A stretch of 37,151 nucleotides of DNA from Candidatus Zhuqueibacterota bacterium (lineage in GTDB: Bacteria > Zhuqueibacterota > Zhuqueibacteria > Thermofontimicrobiales > Thiofontviventaceae). A program made the translations under genes and the position numbers. Location: contig WJJN01000117.1 in NCBI GenBank assembly GCA_014729735.1, positions 1 to 37,151 of the forward strand, given 5' to 3'. The notes beneath the pieces were generated by a model, which saw nothing but the letters and a program-made list of their open reading frames with translations, was not told the origin of the DNA and searched no databases. Below are positions 1 through 9,213 of this stretch, one piece after another (positions within the stretch are counted from its first letter, which is position 1; every line of letters starts with the position of its first letter).

Positions 1-7
1 ACTGGAA

Positions 8-286
8 ATGGGAAGTGCCACATTCGGAGGAATTGTCGGCTACTCTGCCGGATTCGCCATAAAAAAGATATTTAAGCTCGCACTTTTTGTGTGCGGTCTG
101 CTTTTCGTATTATCACAGGTGCTGGCACATTACGAAATTCTTGTGATAAATTGGCTTAAAATTCAGGAACTCCTGAACAGTTATCACATTACTGATTCAA
201 ATAAAATGCTGACCATTCTTACGACTCACCTGCCTGTTACCGGAGGATTTACTACCGGATTTATCCTTGGTTTCAAAAAGGGATAG
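8..286 (+). CDS. FUN14-family small membrane protein (start may lie upstream of the window)
   Basis: FGGIVGYSAGFAIKKIFKLALFVCGLLFVLSQ fits the FUN14 (PF04930) Gly-rich/TM pattern as I remember it. The frame is open back to base 2, so the ATG at 8 may be internal. Confidence 0.55.
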   Translation: MGSATFGGIVGYSAGFAIKKIFKLALFVCGLLFVLSQVLAHYEILVINWLKIQELLNSYHITDSNKMLTILTTHLPVTGGFTTGFILGFKKG

Positions 287-581
287 AAAAATATTCATTA
301 AATTCGACAATGCGGTTGATATTTTTAATTATATCAGAATTTTACAGAAATGGAGTTGGTAGAAGGATGATATTTTTCTATTGACTTTTTCTTTTCAATG
401 TTTTACTTTACCAGTTAATGATTTTTTGTTATAATTATCAAAATCTATAAATGCCGGACGATATACCCTCCTGTTAGTAAATATATCGACTGCGAAAGAA
501 CCGAATAGCCAATATCGAAGTATTTAATCGAAATGATATCATTAAAATTCCAGATCACAATCATGAAAAATTCGAGATTAC

Positions 582-1127
582 ATGCAATATATTAATGCTG
601 AACACATTAAAAAAATAAAAAAAGGAGATGTTCGTTCTTTCGAATTGCTTTTCAACAGTTATGCAGAATCACTTCTTAAATTTGCTGTTCGATATGTTCA
701 TGATCTAAATATCGCGGAAGATATCATACAGAATGTCTTTATGACAGTGTGGAAATATCGTTCTGAACTACAGGAACAAAAAAATATTAAATCATATCTT
801 TTTACAATAACAAAAAATCAATGTTTGAAATATATCCGCCACAACAAAGTTGAACAAGAATACGCTGCAAGAGAGCTCTCAACGGAATCCGAGAGCACCA
901 CTCCTCTGGACATTGTACAGGAAAAGGAGACGCGTCATTCGATTAATAATGCGATTCAGGAATTACCGGAAAAATGCCGGATTATCTTTTGTATGAACCG
1001 TTTTGACAGGCTTACTTATGCTGAAATTGCGGAAATTCAGGGGATATCCATAAAAACTGTTGAAACTCAAATGATGCGTGCATTGAAATATTTACGAAAA
1101 AAATTATCCCATCTAAACAAGAAGTAA
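582..1127 (+). CDS. ECF-type RNA polymerase sigma-70 factor (FecI-like)
   Basis: 181 aa. Region 2 is AEDIIQNVFMTVWKY and the region 4 HTH is LTYAEIAEIQGISIKTVETQMMRALKYLRKKL. It is followed by FecR and a TonB transducer, the classic layout. Confidence 0.9.
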   Translation: MQYINAEHIKKIKKGDVRSFELLFNSYAESLLKFAVRYVHDLNIAEDIIQNVFMTVWKYRSELQEQKNIKSYLFTITKNQCLKYIRHNKVEQEYAARELSTESESTTPLDIVQEKETRHSINNAIQELPEKCRIIFCMNRFDRLTYAEIAEIQGISIKTVETQMMRALKYLRKKLSHLNKK

Positions 1128-1230
1128 TCTCTAAATAACCCGCTTCAAGATATCATTCCAATATTTTAAAAAAAATTAATTTTTTTGTCAGGGTATATCC
1201 AATCTCAGGGGTATAACAGGTAACATATCC

Positions 1231-1246
1231 ACAAATTATAATTTGT
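1231..1246. promoter_or_regulatory. perfect 16-bp palindrome ACAAATTATAATTTGT, 3 nt before the fecR-like start
   Basis: Read directly: the sequence equals its own reverse complement. It lies in the unusually long 122-bp sigma/anti-sigma spacer. It is AT-rich, so chance is not excluded. Confidence 0.25.
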
Positions 1247-1249
1247 AAT

Positions 1250-2338
1250 ATGGAGATTATTATGCATAATAATGAAAAATGGAAAATCATTACCCGATTT
1301 CTTTCAAATGAATGCACTGACGAAGAAAGAAAGCAGGTATCGGAATGGATGGCGAAGGATCCGGAGCTTCGAAAAACAATTGCTGATCTGAAACAGGTGT
1401 GGAATATAAAGGAAACTCCGATACCTGCTGATAGTTTGGACCGAGTGTGGCATTCCATTCGAAACCAAATTGAATTTGATCCGGTTGATACGCCTCGCAA
1501 AGAACAGCCTGACTATTCTAAAATTATCCATTGGAGCAAACGGTATTACGGCTATGTGACCAAAGTATACAAATACGCTGCCGTTTTTCTACTTATTATT
1601 CTTTCTTCTTATTTTCTCTCTCATGGATTTACAAAATTTCCGTGGGACAGTTCACCATTTACTGCAAAGCAGGAGCAATATAAAACACTTACGGTTGAAA
1701 ATGGTCAACGAATAAAAATTACATTAAGTGACGGAACGCGAATATCTCTCGACTCCGGTAGTGAATTAAAATATCCACCAACATTCGGAGAGAGTCGTAA
1801 AGTGTATTTAAGCGGAGAGGCATTTTTCGATGTCGTCCACGACCCGGATCGCCCCTTTCAGGTAATTGCCAACCACGCAAGGATTCAGGTATTAGGTACA
1901 AAATTTAATATCCGGGCGTGGCAGGAGAATCCTACCGTTTCCGTTGTTGTTGCTGACGGAAAAGTTTCATTACGACAAAAAGACGTGGAAGACAAAAAAA
2001 CCGTTATCATTCGAAGGGGTAACAAAAGTGAACTACCGCGCGGAAAAGAACCGAGCATGCCTGTTACGGTGGAGGTAGATCAGTATCTTGGTTGGATGAA
2101 AAATGAAATCCGTTTTAAAAATGCCAGTGTAAACGAAGTCTTAGCACAATTGCAACGTTGGTACGATTTTAAATATCAAGTCCATGATTCGCTGGTGCTT
2201 AATCAACGCGTTTCTGTTCATATAAAAAAGACCAATGTTGATGATGTGTTGCAATTGATATCGATTATTACCAATACGGACATAAAGAAACACGGGGAAA
2301 AAATAAGTATTCGACAAAAAATATCTAACAATTCATAG
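1250..2338 (+). CDS. FecR-family anti-sigma factor / transmembrane sensor
   Basis: 362 aa. It has an N-terminal anti-sigma segment and one TM helix (YAAVFLLIILSSYFLS). The FecR core is GEAFFDVVHDPDRPFQVIANHARIQVLGTKFNIRAW and the C-terminal DUF4974-like tail is VNEVLAQLQRWYDFKY. Confidence 0.9.
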   Translation: MEIIMHNNEKWKIITRFLSNECTDEERKQVSEWMAKDPELRKTIADLKQVWNIKETPIPADSLDRVWHSIRNQIEFDPVDTPRKEQPDYSKIIHWSKRYYGYVTKVYKYAAVFLLIILSSYFLSHGFTKFPWDSSPFTAKQEQYKTLTVENGQRIKITLSDGTRISLDSGSELKYPPTFGESRKVYLSGEAFFDVVHDPDRPFQVIANHARIQVLGTKFNIRAWQENPTVSVVVADGKVSLRQKDVEDKKTVIIRRGNKSELPRGKEPSMPVTVEVDQYLGWMKNEIRFKNASVNEVLAQLQRWYDFKYQVHDSLVLNQRVSVHIKKTNVDDVLQLISIITNTDIKKHGEKISIRQKISNNS

Positions 2339-2348
2339 GAGTTAAATT

Positions 2349-5300
2349 ATGAGATTGTTACTGGTTGTCACTTTAATCGTTCTCCTGTTTAGCGTTGCCT
2401 TTGCAGGTGAAAAATTTGCATTTCTGGATTTAAATCAATATGGGGGTAAAAAAGTACCAACAACGCTTCTCAATCGAATATCCGTGAATTTTAACAACAT
2501 CCCTCTCGAATCTGCATTATCATCGATTTCTGAAAAAAGCATGGTAAAATTAAATTACAGCCGAGATTTAATCCCGATAAACAAACGAGTTACCATTCAA
2601 ATGGATGAAGTCCATGCGATGGAAGCTTTGTTAGCGGTTCTCAATAATACCGGGACAACGCTCAAAATCACGCAAGCAGGTCAATTGGCAGTTGTACCGC
2701 AAAGTGCAGTCAATCAGAGAAAAGCATCTGGTTCCGGTCGCGGAAAAATAAGCGGTTCAGTGGAAGATGGGAAAACCGGAGATGTCCTTCCAGGGGCAAA
2801 TGTATTTATCGAAGGGACGAGTCTTGGCGCCGCGACGAATCTTGAAGGCTATTTCTACATTCCGAATTTATTACCCGGAACGTATACAGTGACAGCGAAA
2901 TACATCGGATATGCCAGTCAGTCGAAAACAGTTCAGATTATGCCCGGCGAAAATGTAAAACTGAATTTCGAGCTGGAATATGTGGTGGTCGAAGGAGATG
3001 AAGTCACAGTGACGGCACAGGCAGAGGGACAGATGGCAGCGATTAATCAACAGATTTCCTCTGCAAGAATTATGAATGTTGTGGCGTCGGATAGAATCCA
3101 GGAAATTCCGGATGCGAATGCCGCAGAATCGGTCGGACGATTGCCGGGTGTTTCGATCCAACGAAGCGGCGGCGAAGCTGACGGAATTGTTATCCGGGGA
3201 ATGGCAGACGGATTTAATACTGTATCCATTGATGGCGTCAAAATGCCGAGTACGAGCGAATCTCGCGGGGTTGGACTTGCATTCATTTCGCCGAATATGT
3301 TAGATGGAATTGAACTCACCAAGGCGTTGACTCCGGATATGGAAGGGGATGCCACTGGGGGAGCAGTCAATTTTATTTTAAAGGATGCTCCGGTCGGCTT
3401 ACAGGTTCAATTAGCACTAAAAGGCGGTTACAGCGGGCTGAATAGTGAATTTGGTATGCCGAAAGGAGATTTGAGTGTCAGTAACCGATTTTTTAATAAT
3501 AGGTTAGGAGTCTTTGCACAACTATCTGCGCACCAGGATGATCGGAGTACGGACTATTTTGATGCGAACTACAGACATGCAACAGGTTACATCGAAGATC
3601 AACCAGGTGAGGCAAAAATTAGTTCATTTGCTTTACGGAATATCGATCGGATTCGGAATCGATACGGTTTCACTCTTGTGTTCGATTACCGGCTTCCGGG
3701 CGGGAAAATTTCAATAAAGAATTTCGCCAGTCAACTCGATGAAATTCGCACAATTCGTGAAAGCAGGGCTGATCCGCAAAGCAGCCTTGGGGGAGTCGAT
3801 TTTTTACATCAGCGCGTTGAAAGTAAAAGGCGAAATATATCAAACTCATTAAGCGGAATGCATTCTCTATTCGGTGGACAGTTCGACTGGACACTTGCGC
3901 ATTCGTTAACTGAGAGTGAAACTCCGACAAGCTGGGGAATTGAATTTGAAAGCAATTATTCAGCATATACCGGGACTTTAGATGACTTAATGCTGCCACC
4001 GGATCAGATCGCTGACATGTTCGATTATGATCTGTCAAGAGTTCGTTGGAATAGTGATTGGGTAAATTATAACGCAGACGAAGCTCGCGAAATTTCTTCT
4101 GAAATCAATTACGAAATCCCCTTTAATATCTCAAAAAGTTTATCAGGCAAATTCAAAGTAGGTGCAAAATTTCGTCAGCATAATCGGGAGAGTGACAGTG
4201 AACACTGGCTATCTGATGTTCAGGGAGCCGGTGGATATGATGAACAAGGACGGCTGTTACGAGATGAAGTTTTTGGAGACCGGGATTTAGATCTTGTGAA
4301 TGATGTATATCCAGCGCTTTCAAATTTCCTGGATGAATCGGTTGAAGCCTCTGATCTTCTTGAGAAGCATGGATTTTTAATGCTTTCAAATCATAATGAC
4401 ATGAAAAAAATCGCCGATTTTTATAGTGTTTCCAAAGATAGTGAATTACCCGCTTACATGAAAGAATATCTCCCTCATGATACAAATGATTATGAAAATG
4501 TGTCGCGGTATGGTGCAGGATATTTGATGACTCAATTGAATATCGGGAAAAAATTGACATTTATTCCGGGCGTGCGTTTCGAGCACGTTGATCACGAATT
4601 TGATACATACTATATTAATTATCGTAGCCACATGCATCGTTATAAACGGGAACAAGGCTATAAAAAAGAGCTTGGTTCCAAACAATCCAATGCTAAATGG
4701 TTGCCCATGTTTCACCTTCGATATCGCTTGACCGGATGGAGTGATATTCGATTCGCAGCAACAAAAACATTGCGCAGACCGAATTATCTGGATTATTCAC
4801 CGCAACTATATCTGAATAATCAGGGAAGTTCAATCAGCCGGGGCAATCCAGAATTGAAAGTTCAGACCAGTCAGAATTATGATCTACATGCTTCGTTTTA
4901 TAGCAACATGGTCGGGCTTTTCACGGTAGGTGGTTTCTATAAAGAAATCGATGATTTGATTTACAGAGTCAGTTCTACCGTACATTGGGGAGATAGTATA
5001 CCCAATTTACCATCAGAAGAATTTTTAGGATACAATCCGGATCGGGATTTTATTGGATGGAGCTTGAGTGAACCAATCAATAATAAACCCACAGCTTATG
5101 TCCGCGGGATTGAATTCGAATGGCAAACTAGATTTTGGTATCTACCCAGTCCGTTCAATGGTCTTGTTCTGAATACTAATATCGCTTTTATTGATTCCGA
5201 AACAAAATATCCCAGATATGTCGCCACTGGTGGTACGCCTCCCTTTTATCGGGATAAAGTAGATTCACTTATATATCGCAGCAATCAACTGATCGGACAG

Positions 5301-5615
5301 GCTGATGTTGTGGGTAATGTTTCACTTGGTTATGATATTGGTGGCTTTTCTGCCAGATTGTCATTTTACTATCAGGGAAATACACTTGCCAGAGCTGATC
5401 GGGTTTTCACAATCCAGGATAATTATCGGGATAATATCAAAAGATGGGATCTTAAAATAAGACAAAAGGTAACTCCGGATCTTGAGCTATTTTTTGATCT
5501 TAATAATATCACCGATCATCCTGATGTTACCAAATACAATATCGTTGATTACCTGAGAAGCCAGGAAAACTACGGCTGGCAAGGTCATTTGGGAATTCGG
5601 TACACTTTTCAATAA
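2349..5615 (+). CDS. TonB-dependent receptor/transducer with N-terminal STN signalling and CarboxypepD_reg domains
   Basis: 1088 aa with a signal peptide. The STN domain is IPLESALSSISEKSMVKLNY...QLAVVP. The CarboxypepD_reg domain is GKISGSVEDGKTGDVLPGANVFIEG...YTVTAKYIGY. The plug is NAAESVGRLPGVSIQRSGGEADGIVIRGM, followed by a long barrel ending GIRYTFQ. GGAG sits 7 nt before the ATG, which is 10 nt after the fecR stop. Confidence 0.92.
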   Translation: MRLLLVVTLIVLLFSVAFAGEKFAFLDLNQYGGKKVPTTLLNRISVNFNNIPLESALSSISEKSMVKLNYSRDLIPINKRVTIQMDEVHAMEALLAVLNNTGTTLKITQAGQLAVVPQSAVNQRKASGSGRGKISGSVEDGKTGDVLPGANVFIEGTSLGAATNLEGYFYIPNLLPGTYTVTAKYIGYASQSKTVQIMPGENVKLNFELEYVVVEGDEVTVTAQAEGQMAAINQQISSARIMNVVASDRIQEIPDANAAESVGRLPGVSIQRSGGEADGIVIRGMADGFNTVSIDGVKMPSTSESRGVGLAFISPNMLDGIELTKALTPDMEGDATGGAVNFILKDAPVGLQVQLALKGGYSGLNSEFGMPKGDLSVSNRFFNNRLGVFAQLSAHQDDRSTDYFDANYRHATGYIEDQPGEAKISSFALRNIDRIRNRYGFTLVFDYRLPGGKISIKNFASQLDEIRTIRESRADPQSSLGGVDFLHQRVESKRRNISNSLSGMHSLFGGQFDWTLAHSLTESETPTSWGIEFESNYSAYTGTLDDLMLPPDQIADMFDYDLSRVRWNSDWVNYNADEAREISSEINYEIPFNISKSLSGKFKVGAKFRQHNRESDSEHWLSDVQGAGGYDEQGRLLRDEVFGDRDLDLVNDVYPALSNFLDESVEASDLLEKHGFLMLSNHNDMKKIADFYSVSKDSELPAYMKEYLPHDTNDYENVSRYGAGYLMTQLNIGKKLTFIPGVRFEHVDHEFDTYYINYRSHMHRYKREQGYKKELGSKQSNAKWLPMFHLRYRLTGWSDIRFAATKTLRRPNYLDYSPQLYLNNQGSSISRGNPELKVQTSQNYDLHASFYSNMVGLFTVGGFYKEIDDLIYRVSSTVHWGDSIPNLPSEEFLGYNPDRDFIGWSLSEPINNKPTAYVRGIEFEWQTRFWYLPSPFNGLVLNTNIAFIDSETKYPRYVATGGTPPFYRDKVDSLIYRSNQLIGQADVVGNVSLGYDIGGFSARLSFYYQGNTLARADRVFTIQDNYRDNIKRWDLKIRQKVTPDLELFFDLNNITDHPDVTKYNIVDYLRSQENYGWQGHLGIRYTFQ

Positions 5616-5845
5616 AGCATTGATATTTGCGCAGGCAAGGAGGTGGTAATGAGTAGGAGCAGTGACATGGCATTGAATACAATGTACAGAAAACTTAAGA
5701 AAGTGAATTCGAAAGGAGGTGTTAAAAAAAACAGGTTTCAATTAATCTATAAGTAATTTGCTATGGAGTAATATGGAGTTACGAATAAGTTAAAGATGTT
5801 GATAATGATTAATTCACAATAACTCAGAATTTGAGGAGGAATGTT

Positions 5846-7540
5846 ATGAAGTTAACAAAATTAGGGCTTTTTATTACAATTTGTTTAATAGCATCGATTG
5901 CTTTTGCTCAGGCTCCTGATACTGTTGTCGTTGATCCGGGAGTCGGTACATTGAACGAAGCGGTCGCTAATTCTGACAATCAGGGTAAAGTTTTTAAACT
6001 AAAGGGAGGTGAATTAGGGGTTTATATACTGAACGCCGATATCAACAATATTGGCTGGCATTTACAGGTCGTCGGTGAAAAGGGCGATATACCGCCAAGA
6101 ATCGTCAGGGATACGGAAAATGACAGGGATCATTTTTTCGCAGCAGAAGGTGACCTGACGTTAAAGAACCTGTTTTTAATTTATCGGGCAATCAATGGTG
6201 CTCCAATGAGAGGAGAAGTGATCTCGATTTATGAAGATTCTGTTGATGTCACCATTGAAAAAGTGATTAAATCAGAGGGCTACGGAACGTTTGTCAGAAT
6301 CCGGGAAGCCGCGATGGTAAACCTTCTTGTCAAAGATTGTATGTTATTCAATTCATTTCACCCCACTAATCACCAAAGCGGTGGCTGGTTTGTCTGGATC
6401 AGAGGCGACCATACCGGTTCCTATAAGGTTGTGAATAACACTGTTTTCAATGTCAATGGTCCGCTGTTTTTAAATCATTGGAAACGCTTTGATCTGGTTG
6501 AAAACGTGGTTGTTGAACACAACACTATTTGTCTGAACATGCGTCATATTTTTGCACCGATGTTTGCTATTAAAAATTACGTGATTAAGAATAATCTGTT
6601 TGTGGATCCTTTTGCACGTGGTTATGTCGGTCCCGGAGATTACAAAGGTGTTGAATACGCAGGTGATTTTGTTGATAATTTTGATAAAGAACGCCCCGGT
6701 AACGAGTACGACGGACTGTTTGCCATAGACACTCTGGCAGCAGAATGGGGAGTCGCTGAAGAAGATCGCTATATTGAAATTAGCAACAACGTTGTTTATT
6801 TTACCCAAAAAATTAAAGACTGGCATGATGCAGTCGGAGCAATTACAATGCCCTGGTTCAATAAAACATCTCAGGAAATGTTTGACGCGTATGATAATTT
6901 TCTTTTCAAGAACAACGTTGAGGGCGTCGATCCGGTTTTAGCGAACCCATTATCCGGTGAATTTTATGATCTATTCATCGAGTATGAAGATAGATTCCGC
7001 ATGGGAGAAACAATGCCCGACCGTAGCTGGGATCCGGATGGTGATGCAGATCCGTTTACGTGGCCCTGGCCCCTACCACTTGATCTGTCTTTTCAATACA
7101 ATACAGAAGCCCAACAGGGTTGGGATCTCGCCGGCGATGACGGCTATCCGGTCGGCGATCTGAACTGGTTTCCGTCAATGAAGAGCGATTGGGAGGCAGG
7201 TTCACAAGGTCCATTGACACCAATTTCCACAGATGTCGCCTCGCAACCCACTGAAACACCAAAAGAATATCAATTAAGCCAGAATTACCCCAATCCGTTT
7301 AATCCGACGACAACCATCAAATACGGCATAAAGAATACCGATCATGTTAAACTGACTGTTTTCAATATGCTGGGTCAAAAAATCAAAACACTGGTCAATG
7401 AAAATGTAAAAGCTGGTAGCCATCAGGTGACGTGGAATGGTACCAATGAATTAGGTCAGAAAGTCAGCAACGGAATTTATTTCTACCGACTGGAATCTGG
7501 CAAATTCAGCCAGACAATGAAAATGTTATTGCTGAAATAG
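5846..7540 (+). CDS. secreted protein of unknown function (beta-helix-like body) with T9SS C-terminal sorting domain
   Basis: The track start 5831 is TTG. The ATG at 5846 follows GGAGGA by 5 nt and gives a clean signal peptide (MKLTKLGLFITICLIASIAFA/QAPD). The body has repetitive N-x-V/I strand motifs reminiscent of DUF4957/DUF5123 PUL surface proteins (memory only). The last ~90 aa are a T9SS CTD. Confidence 0.8.
   Translation: MKLTKLGLFITICLIASIAFAQAPDTVVVDPGVGTLNEAVANSDNQGKVFKLKGGELGVYILNADINNIGWHLQVVGEKGDIPPRIVRDTENDRDHFFAAEGDLTLKNLFLIYRAINGAPMRGEVISIYEDSVDVTIEKVIKSEGYGTFVRIREAAMVNLLVKDCMLFNSFHPTNHQSGGWFVWIRGDHTGSYKVVNNTVFNVNGPLFLNHWKRFDLVENVVVEHNTICLNMRHIFAPMFAIKNYVIKNNLFVDPFARGYVGPGDYKGVEYAGDFVDNFDKERPGNEYDGLFAIDTLAAEWGVAEEDRYIEISNNVVYFTQKIKDWHDAVGAITMPWFNKTSQEMFDAYDNFLFKNNVEGVDPVLANPLSGEFYDLFIEYEDRFRMGETMPDRSWDPDGDADPFTWPWPLPLDLSFQYNTEAQQGWDLAGDDGYPVGDLNWFPSMKSDWEAGSQGPLTPISTDVASQPTETPKEYQLSQNYPNPFNPTTTIKYGIKNTDHVKLTVFNMLGQKIKTLVNENVKAGSHQVTWNGTNELGQKVSNGIYFYRLESGKFSQTMKMLLLK
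7265..7537 (+). other. T9SS type-A C-terminal sorting domain (TIGR04183-like), copy 1
   Basis: EYQLSQNYPNPFNPTTTIKYGIKNTDHVKLTVFNMLGQKIKTLVNE...VSNGIYFYRLESGKFSQTMKMLLLK. Confidence 0.85.
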
Positions 7541-7551
7541 CAGAGCGATAG

Positions 7552-7588
7552 ACAGGTGCAGGTATTCGATTATCTGCACCTGTTTTTT
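7552..7588 (+). terminator. Rho-independent terminator
   Basis: Perfect 10-bp stem: ACAGGTGCAG (7552-7561) pairs with CTGCACCTGT (7574-7583). The loop is 12 nt and the stem is followed by TTTTT. It starts 12 nt after the stop at 7540. Confidence 0.75.
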
Positions 7589-7629
7589 ATATCTATTCGT
7601 GAGGTGATATTAATTTTAGATGAAAGTTC

Positions 7630-9165
7630 ATGCCAATGAATCGTCGTAAATTTTTGGGCACACTAGCAGCGGGCACGGGTGGATTGCTTCTCACAAAATG
7701 TAAGGAACCGGAGTTCGCACGGCGTCGCGATTTGTTTAATAACAAAAGTGCTGACAAAATTGTCCCCGGAAACAAAAATCATATTTATCCTGAGTCGACT
7801 GTTGGGATTGTTCAATCCGAAAAAAATCATGTAGAAGATTTAAATTACGAAGATATTCGTAAAATGGTACATCAGGCTATAGAATACGCCGGCGGATTTG
7901 AAAATCTGATTCATAACAACGATATTGTGGTTTTAAAGCCCAATATCATGTGTCTCTGGATAAATTCCACCGGTCAAAAACTAATACCGGATGCAAACGG
8001 CGTAACAGCGGATTGGCGTGTGACACGGGCGGTTGTGGAGCTCGTCCGTAAATATAACCCGGATGGGAAGGTTTTTATCATTGAAAGCTCTGCTTTTCAA
8101 TGCACAGAACTTGCAATGATGGAACTTAAATACATGCCGGATTATATCCCCGGCGTCGATGCCTTTCTCTGTCTGGAGAATTGCAGCGGTAATTATGAAG
8201 AATGGGATTCCTCAAAACTGAGTAGAGTAACTTTGCCAAATGGCGTTGGATTGTACCCGGATTCGATGAAACCCAACCTTTCACCGGAATTTTATTTGAA
8301 CAGACTATACTACGAAGCCGATGTTGTAATCAGCTTGCCGGTACTCAAAAATCACACGCATACAGGCATTACAGGTGCGCTAAAGAATGTGTCCGTGGGT
8401 GCAAGTCCGCCGAATATTTACGGCAAATTGATGGAGCCATCGGTAACAAGCGCCACGCAAAAAATTGTGTCCCAATTCGGCAGGCGGCTGGAATTGAACC
8501 GGTGGTATAAAATCAATCACGATCCGATTTATCTGGATACGTGGATTCACGACTATTTTCTGTGCCGACCGGTGGATTTCGTCGTCACCGATGGTTTGAA
8601 CGGATTGCAGAACGGACCCGATATATCGAAATTAGTGAAACAAAAAAGCCTGGCTGAAAACCTGATGAACATGCGAACGATTTTAGCCGGCAGAGATGCG
8701 CTGGCTGTGGACACTGTTCATGCGCTCTTGATTGGAATGGATCCGGCGAAAATCGAGCATCTTGTGTTGCTGTCGAATAAGGGGATCGGTTGTACTGATC
8801 CTGCACGAATTAAAATTCAGGGTAAAATGGTTCATCAATTGAAAAAATCCTTTGAAATGAATTATGAACGTTCATCGCAAAAAATGTATTCAAAATTCAA
8901 TTCACCGGAATTCAAGGTAAAATCAGCATTTTATTCGGATGATAAATTAAATATTGAACTTGGCGCGAATCCGAGAGAGATTTCCAAAATTGAAATTGCT
9001 GTGAACGGTCAATTGCTGGAGACTGCTGTCGTCGGGGGATACGACACTATTTCGCTGGATATCGGTCCGCTTCATTCAGAACAGAATCAACTGGATATTT
9101 ACGCGTATGATTGCTACTTGAATTGCGCGCATAAGTCCCAAAAAATCAAGCGCAGTATTGCCTGA
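7630..9165 (+). CDS. Tat-leader DUF362 domain protein with C-terminal beta-sandwich extension
   Basis: Twin-arginine leader MPMNRRKFLGTLAAGTGGLLLTKC. DUF362 core motifs are VVLKPN, ADVVISLPVLKNHTHTGITGALKN, VTDGLNGLQNGP and ILAGRDALAVDTVHALLIGMDP. A ~100-aa C-terminal Ig-like tail follows. Confidence 0.82.
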   Translation: MPMNRRKFLGTLAAGTGGLLLTKCKEPEFARRRDLFNNKSADKIVPGNKNHIYPESTVGIVQSEKNHVEDLNYEDIRKMVHQAIEYAGGFENLIHNNDIVVLKPNIMCLWINSTGQKLIPDANGVTADWRVTRAVVELVRKYNPDGKVFIIESSAFQCTELAMMELKYMPDYIPGVDAFLCLENCSGNYEEWDSSKLSRVTLPNGVGLYPDSMKPNLSPEFYLNRLYYEADVVISLPVLKNHTHTGITGALKNVSVGASPPNIYGKLMEPSVTSATQKIVSQFGRRLELNRWYKINHDPIYLDTWIHDYFLCRPVDFVVTDGLNGLQNGPDISKLVKQKSLAENLMNMRTILAGRDALAVDTVHALLIGMDPAKIEHLVLLSNKGIGCTDPARIKIQGKMVHQLKKSFEMNYERSSQKMYSKFNSPEFKVKSAFYSDDKLNIELGANPREISKIEIAVNGQLLETAVVGGYDTISLDIGPLHSEQNQLDIYAYDCYLNCAHKSQKIKRSIA

Positions 9166-9213
9166 TCAACAATACATCGCTTTTAAAATCCTCTTATTCG
9201 TGAAGGAATAAAT

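Noticed and set aside
1153-1531. Antisense ORFs (115 and 75 aa) across the sigma/anti-sigma spacer and the fecR 5' end.
   Set aside because: They overlap a well-supported FecR frame and show no motif or RBS. Their composition is typical of antisense translation.
5831-5845. TTG start proposed by the track for the 5846 gene; likewise TTG 30716 for the hydrolase gene.
   Set aside because: In each case the TTG codon lies in or next to the purine-rich SD-like sequence. A downstream ATG (5846, 30758) begins a canonical signal peptide.
2349-7540. Searched for a SusD/RagB-like partner next to the TonB receptor.
   Set aside because: The only downstream gene has an SPI signal, beta-strand-rich repeats and a T9SS CTD. 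It has neither a lipobox Cys nor the helical TPR-like character of SusD. No SusD is called anywhere in the window.
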